A stretch of DNA of 64,000 nt from a virus. Below are positions 8,807 through 16,854 of this stretch, piece after piece. Position numbers and translations under genes: made by a program. Numbering within the stretch: the stretch's first letter is position 1; every line of letters starts with the position of its first letter. The stretch spans positions 64,001-128,000 of the IMG/VR virus record IMGVR_UViG_3300028388_004019. One strand, given 5' to 3'. The notes under the pieces were generated by a model. The model ran no database searches, was not told the DNA's origin, and saw only the letters and a program-made list of their open reading frames with translations.

Positions 8807-10074
8807 TATAATGTACCTGTTAGTCTATCACACCATCCTTTTGAAGTTGAATAAGGCCAAACAACCCAATAAGCTGGTTTTTCAGTTATGTTAAATTGTC
8901 TCCAAACTTTACAGTAACCGTCAGGGTCATTCATCATACGGTCAATCTCTGCTCTGTCTGCATCCTTTCTGTAAATAGTGTTATCTTCCTTATCGTGGAA
9001 AGCAACAACCCAATATTCATAATCTTTCTCAGGAACTTGCTCATAACCAACATCAATACAATGTTTGTAAATAGTCGCAAAACTCTCCAACCATTCTTCT
9101 TTCGACACATATGAATCAATACCTGGGTTCGGTGGGTAGTTTTTATCTAAAGTGTATTGTTGTACACCTCTTTTACTGAATTTCAAACCTGAAAACTCTT
9201 CATATTCTTCCAAAGACCTCGTTGGACCAAACCCGTATTTACCTTCGTGACCTTCTTGAGATTCACCATCCATACCAAATAATTTTCTATTTGTTAAGTG
9301 TGAAGTATTGTTTTTACTGACCCAATCTTTATCATCATCCCATTGTTTAGTTCTACCTTTACGAGTATATTCGTGCCAAATCAAAACTTTGTGTGGATGG
9401 AACATATCATATCCCCATGTAAACGCTCTCGCCGCGATTGAAATCTCTTCCCCGTGGAAGTAGTACTCAGGATTGTGTTGAACCTCATTACTGAATTCAC
9501 CCAATGTGAAGCAGAAATGTGCCGAGTAAAATCTTGCAGGAACAGGTGTATCCAATTCTCTCCAACCTGGTATAGTCTCAGGTAAAAAGAATACCGCACC
9601 TTCAGGAATGAAACGGTCAAAGACCATTCTCCACGGTTCTTGCACTCTCGCCGCTGGGTCATTATCAGGGTCAAATGATGAAACATAACCTGTCAATAAA
9701 GGTTTCGGAATACCCATACCTTGTAAATCTTTGACCATCTTAATCATCTCCACGTCCCAATTTTTCTCAAATCTCATGTGTGAATCAATCTGTAATGTAT
9801 ACATTTCCCCGTCATACATCTGTTGAATCTGATTTCTTGCCCAACAGGCACCTTTAGACTCTTCATAAGGAACATCCATTATTCTGAATCTCTCATCATC
9901 ACGGTACTTGTCAAGGTTATCAAATCCATCTTCAGGATGGTATTGTCTACAAATCCCCAATATAACATTTTGGGGTCTTTTTGCGTTTTTTAACATATCT
10001 TCTATAGTTGGGACCAACTCAGGGTCTCGATATGACGCAATCTGTACGAAAATTTTCTGTGCTCTTCTTGCCAT
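8806..10074 (-). CDS. GT60-like (Gnt1/OGNT, GlcNAc-transferase) glycosyltransferase with an extra ~90-aa C-terminal domain, 422 aa
   Basis: IFVQIASYRDPEL..GACWARN..YTLQIDSHMRF..NWD..FYSAHFCF..YFHGEEISIAARAFTWGYD..HEYTR. Start moved to ATG 10074. Confidence 0.8.
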   Translation of the reverse strand: MARRAQKIFVQIASYRDPELVPTIEDMLKNAKRPQNVILGICRQYHPEDGFDNLDKYRDDERFRIMDVPYEESKGACWARNQIQQMYDGEMYTLQIDSHMRFEKNWDVEMIKMVKDLQGMGIPKPLLTGYVSSFDPDNDPAARVQEPWRMVFDRFIPEGAVFFLPETIPGWRELDTPVPARFYSAHFCFTLGEFSNEVQHNPEYYFHGEEISIAARAFTWGYDMFHPHKVLIWHEYTRKGRTKQWDDDKDWVSKNNTSHLTNRKLFGMDGESQEGHEGKYGFGPTRSLEEYEEFSGLKFSKRGVQQYTLDKNYPPNPGIDSYVSKEEWLESFATIYKHCIDVGYEQVPEKDYEYWVVAFHDKEDNTIYRKDADRAEIDRMMNDPDGYCKVWRQFNITEKPAYWVVWPYSTSKGWCDRLTGTL

Positions 10075-10088
10075 AATTTTAATGTTTG

Positions 10089-10102
10089 TAATAAGAATAA
10101 TC
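10089..10102 (-). promoter_or_regulatory. Putative second-class (early/middle) promoter element GATTATTCTTATTA
   Basis: 12/14 identical to GACTATACTTATTA upstream of the SSB gene (51183-51196). Confidence 0.35.
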
Positions 10103-10125
10103 AAAGATTATTTAAGATAAAGTGA

Positions 10126-10133
10126 TATTTATA
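10126..10133 (+). promoter_or_regulatory. TATTTATA motif on + strand, 3 nt before the ATG of the only + strand gene
   Basis: Motif orientation follows gene orientation. Confidence 0.65.
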
Positions 10134-10136
10134 GAT

Positions 10137-10310
10137 ATGAAACTTCTAAAAACAATAAAACATTTAGTACAAGAGTCGGAAGAAAACTTGGAAAACGCAT
10201 TACATACTAATACGTCACCGAAAGAACTTAAGGCTTTAGAAGAAAACTATACTGAATCTTTGAATCTACTTTCATTATTTGAAAGTTTAGAGCAAGAAAA
10301 AGAGGACTAA
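10137..10310 (+). CDS. Small acidic helical hypothetical protein, 57 aa
   Basis: MKLLKTIKHLVQESEENLE...; fills the intergenic gap and has its own TATTTATA motif. Confidence 0.65.
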   Translation: MKLLKTIKHLVQESEENLENALHTNTSPKELKALEENYTESLNLLSLFESLEQEKED

Positions 10311-10328
10311 TTTCTTAACCCTCTTTTT
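10297..10328. terminator. Possible terminator between convergent genes
   Basis: aaaaagagg...cctcttttt inverted repeat followed by a T run; large loop. Confidence 0.35.
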
Positions 10329-10354
10329 TTATCACTTTTCTTTATATTGTTTTA

Positions 10355-13300
10355 TTATTGTTGTGTATATTCAACTTCAATCTTATCAACATCAATTCTT
10401 TCCGCCTGAATAAAGTAGTAACAGTCAATCTTATTACTGAATAGGTTACCATTCTGAATATATACCACCCAATCCTTAATCTCTTTAACATATAAGTTTT
10501 GGTGTGAACCTACTGAGGTCAACTGAACAGTAATTGAATCAGGGTCAACCAAATCCTTCCAATATTCAGGAAGTTCGATTTCCTTATCATTCAATTGTCT
10601 ACCTCTAATATAGATACCGTGTTCAGGACCCTCCAAGTTACCATGCTTCAACCTCATACCCTGTTCTTTCTTCTCAGAGTTCGGGTGTGGAATGTCGAAG
10701 GCTTTGGATGTTGCCATTAAGTTTCCTTGACCGTCTACACTAAATACTCTTGCTCCACCCGCCTCATAACCTGAAACAAGGAATGTATTTGGGTCTGATG
10801 AATCCAATTCTAATACATTATCATAAGTTTCGTCGGCTTCAATCATAACTCTTGTTAAACTTCTGTTAGCCTGTGTAGTTTTTCTAAATTTCGTATTAGC
10901 CGCTCCTGTAGTTTTGAATTCTAAATTATTACCGTTTTGTGTAACTGTTCTGGCTGCCGATAAAGTTCCATCAGAACTATAGATATTCGTATTACCTGCG
11001 GAAGTTATATATCCAGCATCATTATTAAATCCACTGTTATTAATGTTACCTTTGGTAAGTTTCTTTTGATTGTTTGATGAATCAACCACCACAAAGAAAT
11101 CACCATCATCATTCGAAGTCGATGTAGTCAATTCAGATAAATCAACAGAGATAGTATCAGCGGCGACATCAATACCTGTACCAGCACCTACGTTTAGAGT
11201 TATAGAACTACCCAAAGAAACAGAACCACCGTTAGTAAGACCATTTCCTGCGAAAACCGTAAGTGAAGAATTTGCCAATGAAGAGTTAGGTACATTAGAT
11301 AATCCTAAGGCTATCGTACCACTTGTTGTAATTGGTGACCCTGAATCCACATCTATACCATCAGACCCTGAGATTGCTACTGAGGTCACAGTACCACTCG
11401 AATTCGTATATGGTAAGTCAGATATCAAACCTTTCTTAACATTATTGTCCGTGGCATCGTGATAGATGATAGTATCAGTAAGTGCAATGCCTGTACCTTC
11501 TAAATCCGTTGCAGAATTTATAAAGTTATTAGTACCCGAGTAATCTAATCCAACAGTATTAGCCGCTACAGAAACACCCGTACCTGCACCTACATTTAAG
11601 GTTGTCGAACCACCCAATGAAACAGAACCACCGTTAGTAAGACCATTTCCTGCGGTTACCGTAAGTGAAGAATTTGCAAGTTTCGCATTGGTTACATTAG
11701 CATCTGTAATCTTTACAGTAGTTACTGCATTTGTGGCTAATTCAGCGGTATTGACGACACCCGCATCAATCGAAGCATTTAATTGTACGTCCGTAGAACC
11801 ATCGAAGGAAATTGCTGATGCGGTAATATCACCTGTAATCGAGAAGTTTCTCGGTGCTTCTAAGGTTGTTGCGGTTCCAGCATTACCATCAAGATTTCCT
11901 TGTACATCACCTGTAAGTGGACCAGTTATGGAGTTGAAAGATACATCATCACCCGTGGCTACTGATTGGTCTTGACCACCCAAATATCCCCATTGTGCTG
12001 CTGATATCGTAGTTGTACCGATATTTGCTAATTGAGTAGCCTCTGCCGATGTCATTGAAACACCTTGAATCTTAGTGACTGTACCGTTTAATGAAACGTT
12101 ACCAGTACCATCGAAAGATACATTGGATGCCGTAACATCTCCAGTAATTGAAAAGTTTCTTGCAGTCTCAAGTGCTGTCGCGGTGTCCGCATTTCCAGTG
12201 ACATCACCTGTCACATTACCAGTAACATTACCAGTAACATTACCTGTAAGGTTACCACTGAAGGCTGTAGATGTAACCGAAGTGAGACCTGCGAGTGTTG
12301 TTGAGGACGCACCTAAATCAATACTTGTACTACCAATAGTCACACTGTCATTTGATAAAGCACTATTTGGAATGTTTGACCAAAAACCTGTAATATCTTG
12401 TGCTGAAGAACCATCATTCAACCCTAAAGAGAGACTTCCTGAAGTGAAGGTTCCACCTGTTACATATGTATTAACGGAATTACCTACTGTTAAATCAATC
12501 GTATCTGTTCCTGAATTACCCACAATGGTTACAGTACTGTCAGAAGACGTAAAGTTCAGAGTACCACCCAATGGTACAACAGGGTCAGAACCTGAAGGTG
12601 CATTCACAGTAAATGACGAATTTGAAAGTGAAGAATTAGGTACATTTGATAAACCTAAGGCTATTGTACCGTTTGTCGTAATCGGCGAACCTGAATCAAC
12701 ATCAATACCATCTGAACCTGAAATTGCTACCGAAGTTACAGTACCTTGATTATTTGAAAACGGTAAAGCTAAAACATCATAATATAATACATTGTTAGAT
12801 GCATTACTAACAGGTATGTGCCATGATGTTTGTATGTCACCAGTACCTGCTCCTGAGGCTAAAATATAATTGTCTGTTCCTGCGTAGTCGAGAGCTACAT
12901 CATTCGTGTTTACTACGATACCAGTACCCGCACCCACATTCAATGTAGTTGAACCACCTAAGGAAACTGAACCTCCATTGGCTAAACCATTACCAGCACT
13001 TACCGTAAGTGAAGAATTTGCAAGTTGAGAATTAGTTATCTGTCCATTACTTACATCAGCAATGATGTCATCACCAGTAATTTGACCACCTAATGAGATG
13101 TCAGAACCCGCAATATCAATCGATGAATTAGCTAATGAAGTATTTGGAACATTAGATAAACCTAAAGTAATTGTTCCACTTGTTGTTATTGGTGAACCTG
13201 AATCAACGTCAATACCATCAGTACCACTAATAGCTACTGAAGTAACTGTACCTGAGTTATTAGAGAATGGTAAATCAGAAATTAAACCTTTCTTAACATT

Positions 13301-13744
13301 ATTATCTGTAGCATCGTGGTAAACAATAGTATCAGAAGTTGCGATTGAAGTTCCTTCTAAGTTAGTTGCCGAGTCAATAAAGTTGTTTGTTCCCGAATAA
13401 TCAAGAGCCACATCATTAGCGTTTACAACTATACCTGTTCCTGCACCAACGTTAAGTGTTACAGAACCGCCTAAAGAAACTGAACCTCCGTTCGCTAAAC
13501 CTGAACCCGCAGTCACTGTAAGTGAAGAATTGTCTAAAGATGCGTTTGGAATAGTGCCGAAAGAGAGAGCGCCCGAACCATTAGTCAATAATACCTCATC
13601 AGCAGACCCATCTGAAGTTGGGAATGTATATGCTGAATTAAATTCTATAACACCACCCGTTGAAATGTTGATACGGGTAGTCGTATTTGTTCTAAGATTC
13701 AATCCTGAACTATTACTATAATAAACTCCGTTATGGTTTGCCAT
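10355..13744 (-). CDS. Tail fibre-like protein with internal repeats and a C-terminal chaperone-like domain, 1129 aa
   Basis: Gly/Ser/Thr-rich repeats NSSLTV.AG.GL.NGGSVSLG (x4) and VTSVAISG.DGIDVDSGSPITT.GTI.LGLSNVPN (x3); C-term KAFDIPHP..LKHGNLEGPE..RG..IELPEYWKDLV..ITVQLT. Confidence 0.8.
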   Translation of the reverse strand: MANHNGVYYSNSSGLNLRTNTTTRINISTGGVIEFNSAYTFPTSDGSADEVLLTNGSGALSFGTIPNASLDNSSLTVTAGSGLANGGSVSLGGSVTLNVGAGTGIVVNANDVALDYSGTNNFIDSATNLEGTSIATSDTIVYHDATDNNVKKGLISDLPFSNNSGTVTSVAISGTDGIDVDSGSPITTSGTITLGLSNVPNTSLANSSIDIAGSDISLGGQITGDDIIADVSNGQITNSQLANSSLTVSAGNGLANGGSVSLGGSTTLNVGAGTGIVVNTNDVALDYAGTDNYILASGAGTGDIQTSWHIPVSNASNNVLYYDVLALPFSNNQGTVTSVAISGSDGIDVDSGSPITTNGTIALGLSNVPNSSLSNSSFTVNAPSGSDPVVPLGGTLNFTSSDSTVTIVGNSGTDTIDLTVGNSVNTYVTGGTFTSGSLSLGLNDGSSAQDITGFWSNIPNSALSNDSVTIGSTSIDLGASSTTLAGLTSVTSTAFSGNLTGNVTGNVTGNVTGDVTGNADTATALETARNFSITGDVTASNVSFDGTGNVSLNGTVTKIQGVSMTSAEATQLANIGTTTISAAQWGYLGGQDQSVATGDDVSFNSITGPLTGDVQGNLDGNAGTATTLEAPRNFSITGDITASAISFDGSTDVQLNASIDAGVVNTAELATNAVTTVKITDANVTNAKLANSSLTVTAGNGLTNGGSVSLGGSTTLNVGAGTGVSVAANTVGLDYSGTNNFINSATDLEGTGIALTDTIIYHDATDNNVKKGLISDLPYTNSSGTVTSVAISGSDGIDVDSGSPITTSGTIALGLSNVPNSSLANSSLTVFAGNGLTNGGSVSLGSSITLNVGAGTGIDVAADTISVDLSELTTSTSNDDGDFFVVVDSSNNQKKLTKGNINNSGFNNDAGYITSAGNTNIYSSDGTLSAARTVTQNGNNLEFKTTGAANTKFRKTTQANRSLTRVMIEADETYDNVLELDSSDPNTFLVSGYEAGGARVFSVDGQGNLMATSKAFDIPHPNSEKKEQGMRLKHGNLEGPEHGIYIRGRQLNDKEIELPEYWKDLVDPDSITVQLTSVGSHQNLYVKEIKDWVVYIQNGNLFSNKIDCYYFIQAERIDVDKIEVEYTQQ

Positions 13745-13780
13745 TTTATATGTTTTCTCTTTCTTTTATTTTTTGGCTAT

Positions 13781-13800
13781 GGGGGAGGGTTAACTCCCCC
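13781..13800 (-). promoter_or_regulatory. GC-rich hairpin in the predicted 5' leader of the 1129-aa fibre gene
   Basis: GGGGGAG-6 nt-CTCCCCC lies between the TATTTAT motif (13815-13821) and ATG 13744; no U-tract on either strand. Confidence 0.5.
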
Positions 13801-13814
13801 AATCATATCTAATG

Positions 13815-13821
13815 ATAAATA
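13815..13821 (-). promoter_or_regulatory. TATTTAT motif
   Basis: ataaata on + strand in the intergenic gap. Confidence 0.6.
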
Positions 13822-13848
13822 CTTTTCAAATAATTTATAGTGTATAAA

Positions 13849-16806
13849 TTAGATTACTTGTACCCATCCAAATGATTTTTTGATGTATACACCTTCATCA
13901 CCATCAGTTTGATATACTAACAAACCTGTCGCTGGTGAAGAAATAGCACCTCTCTGAGTCTCTGTCATTCTCGGGAAAAGGAAACCTTTCGTAGTCGATG
14001 ACACCTCAAGTACTGCTGAAGCAGCAGGTGCAGCAACCCCGATACCTACAGCACTTGCCGATTCATCAACAGAAAGTGTTGTTCCGTCAACCGTGAAATC
14101 ACCACCTGTGAACGCTAACGTGTTACTCGCCTGAGTCACTGTTCTAGCACCTGTTAACGTACCATTAGTATTAAAGATGTTCGTATTCACAGACGAACCA
14201 ACTGTAATGTCGATTGTCTTAGAACCACCTGAAATACTAACAGAACTATCCGTAGAGGTGAAAGTAATTGTATCTTCATTTGCATCTGCAACAACATTCG
14301 AACCAGCATCCACTCCGAATGTCTTGAAGAATTCTTGAGAAGAACCCAAATCAGAGTTTGTGATTGTAAAGTTAGGATACGTACCTGAAGTTGAAATACC
14401 CGAACCGTTTGATAAAGAAACTGTCTTATCGTAAAGATTAGTTGAACCTTCAGCAATATTATCAGAGTCCAAAGAAACCGCACCTGTCTGACCATTTACA
14501 GAAGTTACAGATTCAGTGTTATCAATCTTATCCCAAGTCGAACCGTTATAGAAAACAAAGTCACCAACTTCAAATGTCACAGAACCGTTACCTAAGTTCT
14601 GAGTACCACCTGTAGCTACACGGTATTGGTCACCCGAATTACCTGTATATGAAGGGTAAATGTCAGGTGTGTTAGTATTCGCATTCCACTCACCTTTGTA
14701 TTCAAACGCTGAAGAAGGTAATTGTGAAGAAGGTACTCTACCGTTAGCATCAAGAGATGCATAACCGTTAGATTGACCTTTTCTTGATACAACTTCAACA
14801 AATGTATCATCAACAGAAATAACCAACGTATCTGTAGACTGAGCAACAGTATCAATACCGTTACCACCTGAGAACGTTGATGTATCACCCAACTCTAATG
14901 TTTGTGTACCTGAGTCACCCGCCAATGTTAATGATGAGTTCGCTAATTTAGCGTTAGTAACAGAAGAGTTTACTAATTGTGAACCGTTTATTGTTTTGTT
15001 TGTAAGTGTTTGTGAACCTGATGTTGTCACAACCGTATTGTCAATCGCCAATGTAACGGTACCTGATGACTCAGTTGAGTCGATACCTGTACCACCCGCA
15101 ATTGTTAATGTACCACCCAAATCGATATTTGATGAGTTAGAACCATCTGTAACAGAAATTGATGAGTTTTCCAATTTAGCATTTGTTACACCACCATCAA
15201 CTAATTCTGCAGTATCAACAGTGTTTGCTGCCAATGAAGATGATAAAGCTACGTTACCAGTACCATCAAATGAAATTGCCGATGCTGTGATATCACCAGT
15301 GATAGAGAAGTTTCTTCCTGTCGCTAGTGCAGTCGCGGTATCTGCATTACCTGTCAAATCACCCGTTACATCACCCGTTAAATCACCTTCGAACGCCGTT
15401 GATGTTACCGAAGTTAAACCTGCAAGTGTAGTTGACGAAGCACCTAAGTCGATACTCGTCGTACCAACTGTGATACTATCATTTACCAATGCAGAATTAG
15501 GAATGTTAGTCCAAATGTCAGAAACTGTGAAATCAGTATCTGCATTATTAGTGAATGTAATCGTACCAGATGAGAATGTACCACCCGTTACAAATGTGTC
15601 AACACCAGCACCGACAGAGATATCAAATGTGTCAGATGTTGAGTTACCTGAAATCACAACAGAGTTATTACTCGATTGGAAAGTCAACGTACCACCCAAG
15701 TCTACTACAGGGTTTGTACCTGAAGTACCTGCGAATGTTACTGATGAGTTTGCTAATTTAGCGTTTGTTACATCACCATCTACAATCTTAGCTGTAGTAA
15801 CAGCGTCATCAGCCAATTCTGTAGTATCAACAACACCAGCCGCTATTGATGAACTCAATGCAACGTTACCAGTACCATCAAATGAAATTGCTGATGCGGT
15901 GATATCACCTGTAATTGAGAAGTCTCTTCCCGTTTCCAATGCAGTCGCAGTATCAGCGTTACCAGTCACATCACCCGTTAAATCACCTTCGAACGCCGTT
16001 GACGTTACCGATGTTAACCCAGCTAAAGTAGTTGATGAACTACCTAATGCAATCGCGGTTGTACCAACCGTAATTTCGTCACTATCTAAACCAATGGTGA
16101 TTGTGGACGTACCATTACTCTCAGTAGAAATACCTGTACCACCTAATATGTTAATACCTGTTTCTAAGTTAATAGTACCAGAAGAACCTGAATCACCATC
16201 AAAATACCATCTGAAAGAATCTAAGTTGAATGAGTTACCATCATTTCTAGTGATTGTCAAATCACCATTTGATAATGTCATTCCAGTTGAGAATGTATCC
16301 GCACCATCTAATCCTGTAATTTCGATGTCCGTTTCCAATCCATCGTTTATACCCAATGTTAGGGTTGAAGTACCTGAGTTATAAGTACCACCAGTAATGA
16401 ACGGTAATGCAATTGGTGTTGAACCAATTGTACCCGTCCCATCTAGTGCAATGTCGTATGCACTACTGTATGTCACCGCCGTTACCGCTTGAACCGTCAA
16501 GTTAGAGGTATCTCCATCAACATCTGTCAAAGTAACAACGTTATCTGAAATAGAACCACCAACTAACACATCGCTGCGATAAGACACGACACCGTTTGTG
16601 TTGGTCACCAAAACACGTCCATTCGTGCTAGATGCCAAATCTCTAATCCTCAAAGGAGTAGAGGTCGAACCAGAAATGTCCACTAAGTTTGTTGGAGATA
16701 ATACACCAAAACCGTGGTTACCACTCGAATCAATAACTTCTCTTTTTACGTCATTGGTAGTGAATGATAATTCATTACTGGAATTGTAATTTAAGCCGTT
16801 TGACAT
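13849..16806 (-). CDS. Tail fibre-like protein, 985 aa
   Basis: Repeats ITVGTT.I.LG.SSTTLAGLTSVTSTAFEGDLTGDVTG..NADTATAL.TGR.FSITGDITASAISFDGTGNV (x2); NGYASLDANGRVPSSQLP and YKGEWNA fibre motifs; C-term KGFLFPRMTETQRGAISSPATGLLVYQTD. Confidence 0.75.
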   Translation of the reverse strand: MSNGLNYNSSNELSFTTNDVKREVIDSSGNHGFGVLSPTNLVDISGSTSTPLRIRDLASSTNGRVLVTNTNGVVSYRSDVLVGGSISDNVVTLTDVDGDTSNLTVQAVTAVTYSSAYDIALDGTGTIGSTPIALPFITGGTYNSGTSTLTLGINDGLETDIEITGLDGADTFSTGMTLSNGDLTITRNDGNSFNLDSFRWYFDGDSGSSGTINLETGINILGGTGISTESNGTSTITIGLDSDEITVGTTAIALGSSSTTLAGLTSVTSTAFEGDLTGDVTGNADTATALETGRDFSITGDITASAISFDGTGNVALSSSIAAGVVDTTELADDAVTTAKIVDGDVTNAKLANSSVTFAGTSGTNPVVDLGGTLTFQSSNNSVVISGNSTSDTFDISVGAGVDTFVTGGTFSSGTITFTNNADTDFTVSDIWTNIPNSALVNDSITVGTTSIDLGASSTTLAGLTSVTSTAFEGDLTGDVTGDLTGNADTATALATGRNFSITGDITASAISFDGTGNVALSSSLAANTVDTAELVDGGVTNAKLENSSISVTDGSNSSNIDLGGTLTIAGGTGIDSTESSGTVTLAIDNTVVTTSGSQTLTNKTINGSQLVNSSVTNAKLANSSLTLAGDSGTQTLELGDTSTFSGGNGIDTVAQSTDTLVISVDDTFVEVVSRKGQSNGYASLDANGRVPSSQLPSSAFEYKGEWNANTNTPDIYPSYTGNSGDQYRVATGGTQNLGNGSVTFEVGDFVFYNGSTWDKIDNTESVTSVNGQTGAVSLDSDNIAEGSTNLYDKTVSLSNGSGISTSGTYPNFTITNSDLGSSQEFFKTFGVDAGSNVVADANEDTITFTSTDSSVSISGGSKTIDITVGSSVNTNIFNTNGTLTGARTVTQASNTLAFTGGDFTVDGTTLSVDESASAVGIGVAAPAASAVLEVSSTTKGFLFPRMTETQRGAISSPATGLLVYQTDGDEGVYIKKSFGWVQVI

Positions 16807-16854
16807 TGTCTTAAAATTTTTTTTGTTAGTTTATGTTTATTCCCTTAAAAAGGC

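Noticed and set aside
10074-10104. Track start at 10104 for the GT60-like gene
   Set aside because: The extra ten codons cover the putative promoter element; ATG 10074 has an A-rich leader and precedes the conserved IFVQIASYRD.
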